A stretch of 64,000 bases of DNA from Candidatus Gottesmanbacteria bacterium (GTDB taxonomy: Bacteria > Patescibacteriota > Microgenomatia > UBA10105 > UBA927). The first letter of the stretch is position 1, and each line of letters opens with the position of its first letter. The notes under the pieces were generated by a model that saw only the letters and a program-made list of their open reading frames with translations, had not been told where the DNA came from and made no database searches. The stretch is taken from contig JACRMP010000015.1 in assembly GCA_016214885.1 (NCBI GenBank), forward strand, positions 13,420 to 77,419, read 5' to 3'. Of the stretch, positions 27,680 to 38,460 are shown piece after piece. A program made the position numbers and the translations under genes.

Positions 27680-28636
27680 ATGGCCAAAAAAGCATTGATC
27701 ACCGGTATAGCTGGTTTTGTAGGAAGTCATATGGCAGAACTGCTTCTGTCACAGGGGTATGAGGTTTATGGGTTGAGCCGGCCGCGGAGCAAAATGGATC
27801 ACATTGAATCCATCAAGTCCAAAATCCAGCTTGAGGACGCGGATCTTTTGGATAGCCACAGTCTGTACACGACGATCAACAAAATCAGGCCGGATTATAT
27901 TTTCCATTTAGCCGCTCAGTCATTTGTTCCGACATCATGGGGGTCACCCGCCGTGACACTTGAAGTGAACATCGTGGGGAGTGCAAATGTATTTGAGGCC
28001 GTGCGACAGGTGGGGATTGACCCTGTGATTCAGATTGCCTGTTCTTCTGAAGAATACGGACTGGTACACGCAGACGAAGTACCGATAAAGGAAACCAATC
28101 CATTGCGTCCGCTTTCCCCATATGCGGTAAGCAAGCTTGCGATGGATTACCTGGGATACCAGTATTTTGAGTCATACAAGATGCGCATTATCCGAACCCG
28201 CGGATTTAACCATACTGGCCCGCGCCGCGGAGACACCTTTGCGGAATCCACGTTCGCAAAACAGATTGCCATGATAGAAAAAGGCAAACAGGAGCCGGTG
28301 ATTTATGTCGGCAACCTGGAAGCGGAACGTGATTACACCGATGTCCGTGATATGGTGCGTGCGTACTTATTGGCAGTAGATAAATGTGATGCGGGCGACG
28401 TATATAATATTTCGACCGGTACCGCGATAAAAATAGCTGACGTCTTAAAGCTCATGCTCTCCATGAGTAAGGTGAAAGTGGAGATCAAAGAGGATCCGAA
28501 ACGCATGCGTCCTTCCGATGTCCCGATACTTATCGGTGACAACTCCAAGTTTGTCGCCAAAACCGGATGGAAGCCGGAGATTCCCTTCACTAAAACCGCT
28601 GAGGATCTGCTCAACTATTGGCGCGAACGCGTTTAA
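27680..28636 (+). CDS. GDP-mannose 4,6-dehydratase / GDP-6-deoxy-4-keto-sugar reductase family SDR
   Basis: ITGIAGFVGSH, HLAAQSFV, SSEEYG, SPYAVSK, FNHTGPRR; SD AAGGAGG. Confidence 0.88.
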   Translation: MAKKALITGIAGFVGSHMAELLLSQGYEVYGLSRPRSKMDHIESIKSKIQLEDADLLDSHSLYTTINKIRPDYIFHLAAQSFVPTSWGSPAVTLEVNIVGSANVFEAVRQVGIDPVIQIACSSEEYGLVHADEVPIKETNPLRPLSPYAVSKLAMDYLGYQYFESYKMRIIRTRGFNHTGPRRGDTFAESTFAKQIAMIEKGKQEPVIYVGNLEAERDYTDVRDMVRAYLLAVDKCDAGDVYNISTGTAIKIADVLKLMLSMSKVKVEIKEDPKRMRPSDVPILIGDNSKFVAKTGWKPEIPFTKTAEDLLNYWRERV

Positions 28637-28657
28637 TCCGAAAGGCTCAGCGTTATT

Positions 28658-29770
28658 ATGAAAGCCGTCATTATTCTGCCGACGTTTAACGAGCGGGAAA
28701 ACATTACCAGCATGCTCACTAAGCTGGTTACCGTGATGGCGACGGTGAAAGGATATACATACGCAATCCTTGTCGTTGACGATAATTCTCCTGACGGTAC
28801 TGCTGACGAGGTGCGTGAATTTGCCAAGAAGCACCCCAATATCCACATCCTTACCGGTAAGAAAGAGGGGCTAGGTAAAGCGCTTCTCCGGGGGATGACC
28901 CATGCCATCGATTCGATGCAGGCAGATGTTATTGCACAACTGGATGCCGATTTGTCCCATGACCCGTCGGCGTTGCCGAAGTTTTTTCAAAAAATCAGCA
29001 ATGGGGACGGTTTTGTGGTGGGTAGTAGATATATCCCCGGCGGATCCATTCCGGAAAACTGGGGTATTCACCGGAAAATTTTCAGTATTGTCGGAAACTC
29101 CATCGTGCGGTTCGGTTTGGGATTTCCGTATGTCCATGACTGGACGGGGGGATACCGTGTTTTCAGAAAAGAATATTTTGAGATGGCTAAACCAAAAGTG
29201 GCAAGATACAGCGGGTATGTTTATCAAATCGCATTTCTTCATAATGCGATCCTCGACGGCGCCAAAGTGGGGGAAGTTCCTATTCACTTTACCGACCGGA
29301 AATTCGGCCGAAGCAAAATTGCACCGCTCCAGTATATACGGAATGTTTTTCTTTATGTGGGGCGTGCGAGACTTCACCAGCTTCGTCACGGATCATTTGC
29401 TAAATTTGCCGTAGTGGGAACCGTAGGATTCACTATAAACACCACTATTTTGGAATTACTGGTACGAAGCGGATTCCATCCCGCTGTGGGAAGCGCCCTT
29501 GGCGCCGAGTGCGCAATTATTTCTAATTTTTTCTTTAACAACAGCTGGACATTCAAAGGTAAAAAAATACACGGCCTCCGCCTTATACCCAAGTTTTTGC
29601 AGTTTAATCTGACTTCATTGGGCGCCCTCCTTATCCAGTCGGGTACCGTGGCGTTTGGAACCTTTATGTTTGGGGAAGAAGTATACCGGTGGTTTTATCT
29701 ATTAGGGGTAGGTATCGGGCTTATCTGGAACTACACCATGTATTCGAAAGTAATTTGGAAGAATAAATAA
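28658..29770 (+). CDS. GT2 polyprenol-phosphate mannose synthase-like enzyme fused to a GtrA-like flippase domain
   Basis: LPTFNERENI, VDDNSPDGT, DADLSHDP, F.DR..G.SK; C-terminal KFAVVG...NFFFN..WTF. Confidence 0.9.
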   Translation: MKAVIILPTFNERENITSMLTKLVTVMATVKGYTYAILVVDDNSPDGTADEVREFAKKHPNIHILTGKKEGLGKALLRGMTHAIDSMQADVIAQLDADLSHDPSALPKFFQKISNGDGFVVGSRYIPGGSIPENWGIHRKIFSIVGNSIVRFGLGFPYVHDWTGGYRVFRKEYFEMAKPKVARYSGYVYQIAFLHNAILDGAKVGEVPIHFTDRKFGRSKIAPLQYIRNVFLYVGRARLHQLRHGSFAKFAVVGTVGFTINTTILELLVRSGFHPAVGSALGAECAIISNFFFNNSWTFKGKKIHGLRLIPKFLQFNLTSLGALLIQSGTVAFGTFMFGEEVYRWFYLLGVGIGLIWNYTMYSKVIWKNK

Positions 29771-29772
29771 GC

Positions 29773-31356
29773 ATGACGACATTTATACGGCGTCTCACCC
29801 CATACATCCCCGTAATCATTCTAGTCTGTATTTTGCTGTTAGGGGCATACCTCAGGCTTTATAAAATTTCCGAGTATATGACATTTCTTGGAGATGAAGG
29901 CAGGGATATGCTGGTCATTAAACGGATGATTGTGGATCATAAGTTTACCCTTCTGGGGCCGACAGCCTCGGTAGGCGGATTTTTTCTGGGACCTATTTAT
30001 TATTATTTCATGCTCCCGTTTGTGTGGGTTTCCGGCCTTAATCCGGCGGGGGCGGCGGTCATGGTTGCATTGTTTGGTATAGCCACAATCTATGCCGTAT
30101 ATCGGTTGGGGCGTGACGCCTTTGATGAATGGGTGGGGCTTACAGCAGCATCTTTATACGCGGTGTCACCTGTGGTTATCGCGTATTCCCGTTCATCGTG
30201 GAACCCCAATCTGGTGCCGTTTTTTTCGACCGTACTAATATACCTCTTATGGAGATCGGTTGTCAGAACTGAACCCCGTTTATTGTTTTGGATTGGTATT
30301 TGTCTCGGTATCGGATTACAGCTTCATTATTTGTTTCTTTTCCTGTTTCCTGTTGTGGGGGTATGGTTCCTCTTGTACGGGCGTAAAAAGGGATGGCTCA
30401 TCCATTACGGATACGGTGTGGTAGGATTTCTCGTAGGGTATGGACCGTTTTTGGCATTTGAGCTCCGCCACGGATTCCCCAATACTATTTCTATAATAAA
30501 TTTTTTGCGTGAAGGGGAGGGGACAGGGCTTGTAGTTTCTACTTTTTGGAATAACATAGTTGATGTTTCGTACCGGTTGTTCGGGCGTCTGGTTTTTAGA
30601 CTTCCGCCGCCTGAGCAAATGCGTGATCTTGCCGTTTGGCAGCAAACAGCATGGTCGTATACGGTAACCTCATCTATCGCTGTTTCTATTGGTCTTTTGG
30701 TGGCCTGGGCTTCCCGGTTATTCAGCGCTCCCTGGTTAACTAAGAAAAAAGAAGAGTCTGCCGTGCTTGCTAAAGCCGCGGTATTATTGTTACTTTGGCT
30801 ATTTGTTCCCTTGGTGCTTTTTGGATTTTATAAAAAGGGAATATACGATTATTACTTCGGTTTATTCTTTGTCCTGCCGTTTTTGTCTGTGGCACTTATC
30901 CTTCGGGTTCTTAAAACGAGTAAACTCGGGCAATTGATTGCTTACGTCATACTGCTGGGGCTATTATATTTGAATTGGGAAGGAAGACCTTTTAAATTTA
31001 TCCCGAATAATCAGTTGGCGCAGGCGCGAGCGATAGCAAAAGTGGCTTTCGAAAAAACTGACGGTAAACCGTATAATTTTGCATTAATAACAAGCGGTAA
31101 CTCCGATCATGCATACCGGTACTTTTTTGAGATCTGGGGTAATCCTCCAACACCTATCGAGAATGAAGTTATTGATCCGGAAAGGAAAAGTGTAACTGAC
31201 CAGCTCATTATTATCTGCGAGCAGCCGGAATGTAAACCATTGGGGCATCCGCTATGGGAAATCGCCGGGTTCGGCAGGGCAGAAATCGTCGGCGAGTGGC
31301 CGGCATCTTTTGTGAAGGTCATGAAATTAGTACACTACAAAGAGGGCGGCTTATGA
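29773..31356 (+). CDS. GT-C glycosyltransferase (ArnT/PMT-like)
   Basis: LRLY...FLGDEGRD, LLGP...GPIYYY, SRSSWNPN; multiple TMs. Confidence 0.85.
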   Translation: MTTFIRRLTPYIPVIILVCILLLGAYLRLYKISEYMTFLGDEGRDMLVIKRMIVDHKFTLLGPTASVGGFFLGPIYYYFMLPFVWVSGLNPAGAAVMVALFGIATIYAVYRLGRDAFDEWVGLTAASLYAVSPVVIAYSRSSWNPNLVPFFSTVLIYLLWRSVVRTEPRLLFWIGICLGIGLQLHYLFLFLFPVVGVWFLLYGRKKGWLIHYGYGVVGFLVGYGPFLAFELRHGFPNTISIINFLREGEGTGLVVSTFWNNIVDVSYRLFGRLVFRLPPPEQMRDLAVWQQTAWSYTVTSSIAVSIGLLVAWASRLFSAPWLTKKKEESAVLAKAAVLLLLWLFVPLVLFGFYKKGIYDYYFGLFFVLPFLSVALILRVLKTSKLGQLIAYVILLGLLYLNWEGRPFKFIPNNQLAQARAIAKVAFEKTDGKPYNFALITSGNSDHAYRYFFEIWGNPPTPIENEVIDPERKSVTDQLIIICEQPECKPLGHPLWEIAGFGRAEIVGEWPASFVKVMKLVHYKEGGL

Positions 31357-32105
31357 CAAATCCTTTTCTTTCTGTAGTCATCCCTTCATACAATGAAGAA
31401 ACTAATATCCGTTTAGGAAGCCTGGATAAAGTCTCTCGGTATCTCGAACGGCAGCCATATGCCTGGGAAGCGATCCTTGTGGATGATGGTTCGACCGACG
31501 GCTCACCCGAACTTATGGATGCGTTTGCCAAAGCAAACCCGGGATTCTCCGTCATGCACAATATGCATCGCGGTAAAGCAGAAACCGTCGTTTCCGGCGT
31601 TATCAAAGCTAAAGGTTCCATTGTGCTATTTTCGGATTTGGATCAGGCAACACCCATATCGGAATTGGAAAAAATACTTCCGTGGTTTGATAAAGGATTT
31701 GATGTGGTAATAGGCAGCCGTAACCGGAAACGTGAAGGTGCGCCTTTGTCGCGGATTATTATGGCGCGCGGATTCATGATACTTAGGGGGCTTATATTGG
31801 GTCTTAAGGGGATCACTGATACACAGTGCGGATTTAAGGCGTTTAAGCGTCACGTAGCAAAAGACATCTTTGCCCGGCTGGAACTGTATGCTTCCCATCA
31901 GGAGGTGCATGGACCCATGGTGACCGCGGGGTTTGATATAGAGACGCTATTTTTAGCCAAACAGTTGGGATTTAAAATTAAAGAAGTTCCTGTGGAGTGG
32001 CATTATGTGGAAACCAGAAGGGTAAATCCCATAAAAGATTCGATACAGGGATTTGTAGATATGTTGAGGATCCGTATAAACGCATGGCAGGGCAAATACC
32101 GTTAA
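31353..32105 (+). CDS. GT2 dolichyl/polyprenol-phosphate glucosyltransferase-like
   Basis: VIPSYNEE, VDDGSTD, DLD, DTQCGFK, FDIE.L, EVPVEW. Confidence 0.9.
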   Translation: MTNPFLSVVIPSYNEETNIRLGSLDKVSRYLERQPYAWEAILVDDGSTDGSPELMDAFAKANPGFSVMHNMHRGKAETVVSGVIKAKGSIVLFSDLDQATPISELEKILPWFDKGFDVVIGSRNRKREGAPLSRIIMARGFMILRGLILGLKGITDTQCGFKAFKRHVAKDIFARLELYASHQEVHGPMVTAGFDIETLFLAKQLGFKIKEVPVEWHYVETRRVNPIKDSIQGFVDMLRIRINAWQGKYR

Positions 32106-32133
32106 CATAGGGTGCGGCTCCGCACACATTCGC

Positions 32134-33276
32134 ATGAAGAAATCACAAGGTCTGTTAATGGGATATATAGCAGTCTCCCTGGCGTTATTTTTATTTTCGT
32201 ATACCCAGGTGGACTTAAATCTTACCCTTTCCCGGGTGGGACCAATGCAGGTTATCCAAAAAGCATTCCAGCATATTGGATTTTACCAGCGTCCGCTGTC
32301 GGCCGGCATATATATTGGGATAATTGCGGCACTCTTTTTTCTCTATGGCAGAGTGCTCACACTTACCAGAACCGGTGTTTTAGGGATCCGCGACCTATCA
32401 AAGATCATCGTTTGTGCCGTTGTAATTCTCGTATTCTCATACCCAGCGGCGTTTTCATACGATTTTTTTAACTATCTGTTTACTGCAAAAACGGTACTTG
32501 TGTATCACCAGAATCCTTACACGGTGACTCCGCTTCAGTTTTCTGGCATTGATCCCTGGACAAACTTTATGCGGTGGACGCATTTAACCAGCGCCTATAC
32601 GCCGCTATGGATAGGTTTAAGCCTGGTGCCTTATATTGTAGGATTGGGTTATTTTATAACCGTACTGTTTGCGACAAAAATAATGGTTGCCGGTTTTTAT
32701 GTTCTTGCCGTGTACGCGCTTGCAAAAGCAGTAAATAAAAGCGGAACAATGCATCCGGCATACCCGGTGGCAATGGTTGCCCTTAACCCGCTTATTCTTA
32801 TCGAATCATTAGTCAGCGGGCACAATGATATTGTTCTGGTCTCGCTGGCTATGCTTTCCGTGTGGATGTACATGGATAAAAAAATATACGCCTCCTGGCT
32901 ATATTTGGGGTTATCGGTTGCGGCCAAACTTATGACGATATTTTTAATTCCCGTGTATTTGCTCCGCAAAAATAAAGATTGGATGCTTGCAGCCATGGCA
33001 CTAGGCCTTGTTGCGGTATTACTTCAGCGTGAATTTTTACCGTGGTACGGGGTATGGGTGCTGCCGTTTGTCGCGCTCAATTATGAAATGACGAAAATAG
33101 TGCGATTGTCCATAATTGTTTCGGTGGGTTTGCTCCTAAGCTATGTACCGTATCTGTATTTAGGTGAATACTCGGTAACGGAGTCCCTGTGGAAAACTGG
33201 TTTCGTTTGGGGCGGTATTGTGCTGGGATTGATGTCGCTTATTTTACCGGATAGATCACAAATCAGCGGGAAATAA
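32134..33276 (+). CDS. GT-C alpha-mannosyltransferase-like (MptB/GT87-like)
   Basis: SYDFFNY...NPY...P, AYTPLW, LNPLILIE...GHND, PWY.VW. Confidence 0.75.
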   Translation: MKKSQGLLMGYIAVSLALFLFSYTQVDLNLTLSRVGPMQVIQKAFQHIGFYQRPLSAGIYIGIIAALFFLYGRVLTLTRTGVLGIRDLSKIIVCAVVILVFSYPAAFSYDFFNYLFTAKTVLVYHQNPYTVTPLQFSGIDPWTNFMRWTHLTSAYTPLWIGLSLVPYIVGLGYFITVLFATKIMVAGFYVLAVYALAKAVNKSGTMHPAYPVAMVALNPLILIESLVSGHNDIVLVSLAMLSVWMYMDKKIYASWLYLGLSVAAKLMTIFLIPVYLLRKNKDWMLAAMALGLVAVLLQREFLPWYGVWVLPFVALNYEMTKIVRLSIIVSVGLLLSYVPYLYLGEYSVTESLWKTGFVWGGIVLGLMSLILPDRSQISGK

Positions 33277-33580
33277 TCCCAACAACGATAAGGAATTGTA
33301 CTACGATAAGCATGCCATTGATGGCAATAATGGGTTTTTCCCGGTGAAGTATACCGTAATAAAGCCAAAAACAAGATGCGAGAAGAAATCCTGTCCATGA
33401 TATAAGCGAGACACCCCCGGTGTCGGGAACAGTCCAAACTGAGACAAGCTGGGGGATATTGACGGCAACGGTAAGAGCCCCCATAAGATATGCTGATTTA
33501 TCGATAAAGGTGATAAGATTTTTTTTGCCGCTTTTGCCGTGTTTATGTGTTTTTACAGCGTGATGAAATCCTGTCTGCAT
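33263..33580 (-). CDS. SemiSWEET / PQ-loop small transporter
   Basis: IPQL....GVSLISW, WLYYG, PIIAIN; 3 TM helices. Confidence 0.8.
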   Translation of the reverse strand: MQTGFHHAVKTHKHGKSGKKNLITFIDKSAYLMGALTVAVNIPQLVSVWTVPDTGGVSLISWTGFLLASCFWLYYGILHREKPIIAINGMLIVVQFLIVVGIISR

Positions 33581-33677
33581 ACGTAAAATCAGTGTAGCAC
33601 ACTGCATTCATTTACCGGAGTTCCGCAGTTTCGGAAGAATCTGCTAGTTTTCACGCATTTAGGATATAATCATAAGT

Positions 33678-35201
33678 ATGCGATGGAATGCAAAATGGCT
33701 CCTGTTTGCGTTGGGGGTAATTGCCCTGGCAACAGCGTACGCCGTAACCCGGCTTAGCAATCTTACGGCGCTACCCATATTTACCGATGAAGCCATATAT
33801 ATCCGCTGGTCCCAGATCGGCATGCGGGATGCCGCGTGGCGGTTTATTTCCCTGTCTGACGGCAAACAGCCGATGTTTACCTGGGTGATGATGATCCTCC
33901 TTAAGGTGTTTGAGGGGATGGACCCGTTGTTTATTGGCAGGCTGACCTCTGTTATTGCGGGGGCAGGAACACTTATCGGGTTATGGCTTGTTTCCAATGA
34001 TTTGTTCAGGGATAAGCGGGTAGCCTGGATGACCGGAGTTATTTATGTATTACTGCCGTTTAGCACCTGGTACGACCGGGTAGCGCTGTATGACTCCATG
34101 GTGGGCACGTTTGCGGTATGGAGCCTGCTTCTGGCCATACGATTGGTACGTAAGCCTCAACTGGATACCGCCCTTATTCTCGGTATGGTACTGGGAGCCG
34201 GTATGCTTAATAAAAGCTCGGGATTTTTGTCGCTGTACTTTTTGCCGGTAACACTTTTGCTGTTTGACTGGCAGGCAAAAAATATTCGTCGCAGACTGAT
34301 TACCTGGGCGGGACTGGTACTATTGGCAGCGTTACTATCCCAGGTGTTTTACAGCGTGCTGAGGCTCTCGCCACTCTTCCACATGGTAGGGCAAAAAGAC
34401 AATGTATTTATTTTCTCCATGAGCGAATGGCTTAACCAACCATTCCGGTTTTTGGAAGGGAACCTCCGGGGAATGTTTGACTGGCTCAGGCATTACATGA
34501 CCCTCCCGCTGTTTATTGCTGCATTCGTACCTATTTTTATGCGGTGGCCCAAAACACGGGAAACATGGCTTCTGTATTTTTGGTGGGCGCTGCCGTTTGC
34601 AGCACTTGCTAACTTTGCCAAGATTCTTTATCCGAGATTTATTTTTTTCATGACCCTGCCGCTAGTTATGGCGGCGGCATTTACCGCCATAATGCTGTGG
34701 GATAAGCTCAAGAATCGGTCCATGCGCTACATTATGCTGGCCGCACTTCTCATTCCAAGTATATATACGACCTGGTTTGTGGTCACCCAGCCTAAAGCCG
34801 CTCCCATACCCCTTGCTGAGCGAGGGCAATTTATCGATGACTGGCCTGCGGGAGGCGGGGTAAAAGAAGTGGTTTCCTATCTTGCCGCTGAATCAGCGTA
34901 TCAGAAGATTAACGTGTTTACCGAGGGAACATTCGGTTTGCTGCCCTACGCTCTCGAAATATACCTGGTTGACCGGCCGAACGTGACGATTACCGGCATT
35001 TGGCCGATCCCGCCGGTGATTCCTGATGAGATTGCCCGCGCCGCCAGCAGTTCAGCAACCTATTTTGTCATGAATGAATCACAGGTTGCTCCTGACTGGC
35101 CGATTATATTAATCGGTGAATATGAGAAGGGGAACAGGGCTGACCACAAGAAACTGCGTTTTTACCGGGTAAATACTCCGCCGTTTTCTGACCCGCAGTA
35201 G
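33678..35201 (+). CDS. GT-C glycosyltransferase (PMT/ArnT-like)
   Basis: LPIFTDEAIY, DGKQP.F.W, YDRVALYD, YPRF. Confidence 0.85.
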   Translation: MRWNAKWLLFALGVIALATAYAVTRLSNLTALPIFTDEAIYIRWSQIGMRDAAWRFISLSDGKQPMFTWVMMILLKVFEGMDPLFIGRLTSVIAGAGTLIGLWLVSNDLFRDKRVAWMTGVIYVLLPFSTWYDRVALYDSMVGTFAVWSLLLAIRLVRKPQLDTALILGMVLGAGMLNKSSGFLSLYFLPVTLLLFDWQAKNIRRRLITWAGLVLLAALLSQVFYSVLRLSPLFHMVGQKDNVFIFSMSEWLNQPFRFLEGNLRGMFDWLRHYMTLPLFIAAFVPIFMRWPKTRETWLLYFWWALPFAALANFAKILYPRFIFFMTLPLVMAAAFTAIMLWDKLKNRSMRYIMLAALLIPSIYTTWFVVTQPKAAPIPLAERGQFIDDWPAGGGVKEVVSYLAAESAYQKINVFTEGTFGLLPYALEIYLVDRPNVTITGIWPIPPVIPDEIARAASSSATYFVMNESQVAPDWPIILIGEYEKGNRADHKKLRFYRVNTPPFSDPQ

Positions 35202-35221
35202 CAGACTGAGCCTGATGATAT

Positions 35222-36811
35222 ATGAAAAAAAAGTACCACCCCCACCCCTCTCCGTCAAAAGAAGCAGATAGTAATCCATCCATATCGGGGAGGCGGCGTT
35301 TGCCGGTTATATGGCCGGTACTACTTATTGGTATAGCCCTTTTTGCCGTTTTGTATCCGCTCATGCGTCCGGGATTTTTTGTGTCTGATGACGGCGAGTG
35401 GATGATCATACGGCTATCCGCGTTTTATCAGAGCCTTGCCGACGGACAGTTTCCCGTGCGGTACCTAGGAAGACTCAACAATAGTTATGGGTATCCCGTT
35501 GCCAATTTTTTGTATCCTTGATTTATGTATATCGGTTCATTTATCCGCCTTCTGGGTCCGACATTCACCGACGCAGTGAAAATTATTCTGGCGGGTTCGG
35601 TAATCGCCGGAGCGGGAGCGATTTTTGCCGCACTCCGTGTACGGCGAGGTATCTTGCCGAGTCTCACCGGGGCGCTAAGTTTTATTTTTGCCCCTTACCT
35701 TTTGTATGACCTCTATCACCGCGGATCGGTGGGAGAGGTGCTGGCAATAAGCGCTGCCGCGTTTGCCCTGCTTGCGCTGTCGCGCGGGTGGACCTGGTTG
35801 TTTGCACCCGCGGTAGGACTGCTTATCATTAGCCACAACACGGTTGCAATGCTTATGGGTGTTGTGTTGTTGTCCCTTGTATTGGTTCACTCTGCCCGGG
35901 TCAGGTTTCTCATTTCAGGGATACTCGGGGTAGGGTTCGCCGCGTTTTTTTGGTTACCGGCGCTCGTAGAAAAAAATCTGGTTCGGTTTGATCTGGTAAC
36001 GGTATCGGATCCTTCTGCATACTTCGTAACTCTTGCAAACGCAGGACTTCTCGGAGTTGCGGTAATTGTTTCCTTGGCGGTTATGCTCAGGCTGAAGAAT
36101 ACTCTGACTGCAGAGGATAAGGTAATGACGCTATGGACAACTGTCGGTTTATTGTTGAGCCTGCCCATCAGTATGCCACTGTGGAAGGTAACTGAATTTT
36201 CATCGCTTATCCAGTTTCCTTACCGTCTGCTCGTGCTTCCCGTGCTATTGGGGCCCTGGATGGTGAGTTTTGTGACGGAAAAACTGAAGGGTTGGGCGCA
36301 GCGAGCGTTTGTAGGAGTATTAATTATCATATGGATGATCGGTATTATTCCGCCTCTTAACCGTATTAAGTATGTGGTTCGCTCTGAGGGGTTTTACACC
36401 ACCAATGAGGCAACTACAAATGTGGCTAATGAATATATGCCCCGGTGGGTGACTGACGTGCCTGTTACCCGTCCCGTAGAAACATTGGAAGTAATTGACG
36501 GCGATGTAACACTCTCCGGCCGGACGTTTTCCGGTGAACGAATCCTGTTTACTGCAGATGCAAAAGTGGAAAGTAAAGTGCAGATAAATAAGGTCTATTA
36601 TCCCGGTTGGGGAGTAACCATAGATAATCGTCTTATCCCCATCAATTATCATAACGCCCTGGGTGTAATGCAAATCGAAATTCCTCAGGGAAATCATACT
36701 GTCTCAATACAGTTCCGGGAAACGCCGTTTAGATTTATAGCTGATCTTATCAGTCTGATTTCATTTATCGTTTATTTGATTCTTATAAGAAGGTTGCAAA
36801 AGTCATCATGA
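35222..36811 (+). pseudogene. GT-C membrane protein (PTPS-related/YfhO-like) interrupted by one in-frame TGA
   Basis: ORFs 35222-35521 and 35525-36811 share a frame: GYPVANFLYP*FMYIG; colinear with the intact paralog at 36808. Confidence 0.75.
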
Positions 36812-38460
36812 AGCGGAATGTGGGGGTATTATTTATTTTACTGTTAGGAGTACTGTCGGTTATTCCTCTTTTTTCCCCGGGATATTTTCCTATGCATGAT
36901 GACACCCAGGTCGCCCGTGTAATCGGAATGGGCAACGCACTCCGCGAAGGACAATTTCCGGTGCGTTGGGTGGCGGATTTGGGATACGGATACGGGTATC
37001 CGATATTTAATTTTTATGCTCCTTTACCTTACTATTTCGGGGGGCTCCTTTATGCACTGGGAGTGTCGTCGCTTGTTGCCACAAAAATAATGTTTGCCAT
37101 TGGGGTAATTGCTCCTGCAGTTATCCTGGGGCTGGTTATGGGATTTCCGGCAGGTGTACTCTCCGCAGCGCTGTATCTTCTGGCTCCGTATCATGCAGTA
37201 CAAATTTATGTCCGGGGGGCTGTCGGTGAATACTGGTCGCTTATGTTTTGGCCGCTGATAGCCGCGGCATTTATCGGGAGCGACACCGGGCGGGGGCAAA
37301 AGTTAAATTTGCTGCTGGGGGTTATTGGTATTAGCGGGGTAATACTGTCACATACGTTAATGGGATATGTTTCGGTGTTATTTTTGGCGGCTGTGGTTCT
37401 TATTACCTGGTTTACCCGACTGATACGGGGGAATTTTGTTGCCGCAGATTTTTTTTATCACGTTAAGACTATCGGTCTGGGGGTTGGGGCCGCTGCGTTT
37501 TTCTGGCTTCCGGCAATTGCCGAGATGGGGTATACCAGTGTGGCCGGGCAAGTGAGTGCTACCGCTCATTATGCCGACCATTTTGTGTGCATAAGTCAGT
37601 TATGGAGCTCATTGTGGGGGTTTGCCGGCTCGGCTCCCGGTTGCACCGATGGCATGTCGTTTATGTTGGGTAAAGCCCACCTTCTAGCAGGTGTTCTGGG
37701 TCTGGCAGCGTGGATTATGGTGCGGCCAAAAGAACACCGGGGGTTAGTCATTGCCGGCATCGGGAGTATTATCGTCGGCTTGTTTTTTGCAACAGAATAT
37801 TCCGCTTTTCTTTGGAGAATACTGCCCGGGTTTGCGTATCTGCAGTATCCATGGAGATTTTTGTCACTCGTTTCGTTCGGGTTTTCCATTATCGGAGGGA
37901 TTGCGGTGTATCATGCTCCCCGCGGCTTGATAAGGGCGGCCGTTGCAGCGGCACTAACCCTTTTTATTGTCTTCATGAACCTTAAATGGTTCACTCCGCA
38001 GTATATTGATAGCCGGAAAAGCACCGATTTTGAGGCTGTTTCCGACATGCGTTGGCGGGTATCCAAAATATCGGATGAATATCTTCCCCGCGACCTGGTC
38101 CGTCCGAAAGACGCTTCTGAGGTTGTTTTTGGTACAATAGATGAGTCCGATTCGCTTCTGGTAAGGACACTGAGTAAAACCGCTACCAGAGAGCATCTTT
38201 CAGTGATATCAGTGGTCGAAGACGTTGTGAAGATCAATAAAGCATATTTTCCGGGATGGCGTTATTTTGTAAACGGTAAGGAGGTTAAGCCCATCATAAC
38301 TAACGGACTGCCCGGTATAGCAATCGGCGTAGGGAAGTCGGAAATTGTAATGGTACTGACTGACACACCGGTACGTATTTTGGGTAACATCATATCGCTT
38401 TTATCAGTCATTATGGTGGGGATACCATTATATGGAAAACGAATCAAAACCAAGCGTTAA
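36808..38460 (+). CDS. GT-C membrane protein (6-pyruvoyl-tetrahydropterin synthase-related family)
   Basis: MHDD, GQFPVRW..L.YGYGYPIFNFY, RGAVGE, QYPWRF, YFPGW. Confidence 0.82.
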   Translation: MKRNVGVLFILLLGVLSVIPLFSPGYFPMHDDTQVARVIGMGNALREGQFPVRWVADLGYGYGYPIFNFYAPLPYYFGGLLYALGVSSLVATKIMFAIGVIAPAVILGLVMGFPAGVLSAALYLLAPYHAVQIYVRGAVGEYWSLMFWPLIAAAFIGSDTGRGQKLNLLLGVIGISGVILSHTLMGYVSVLFLAAVVLITWFTRLIRGNFVAADFFYHVKTIGLGVGAAAFFWLPAIAEMGYTSVAGQVSATAHYADHFVCISQLWSSLWGFAGSAPGCTDGMSFMLGKAHLLAGVLGLAAWIMVRPKEHRGLVIAGIGSIIVGLFFATEYSAFLWRILPGFAYLQYPWRFLSLVSFGFSIIGGIAVYHAPRGLIRAAVAAALTLFIVFMNLKWFTPQYIDSRKSTDFEAVSDMRWRVSKISDEYLPRDLVRPKDASEVVFGTIDESDSLLVRTLSKTATREHLSVISVVEDVVKINKAYFPGWRYFVNGKEVKPIITNGLPGIAIGVGKSEIVMVLTDTPVRILGNIISLLSVIMVGIPLYGKRIKTKR

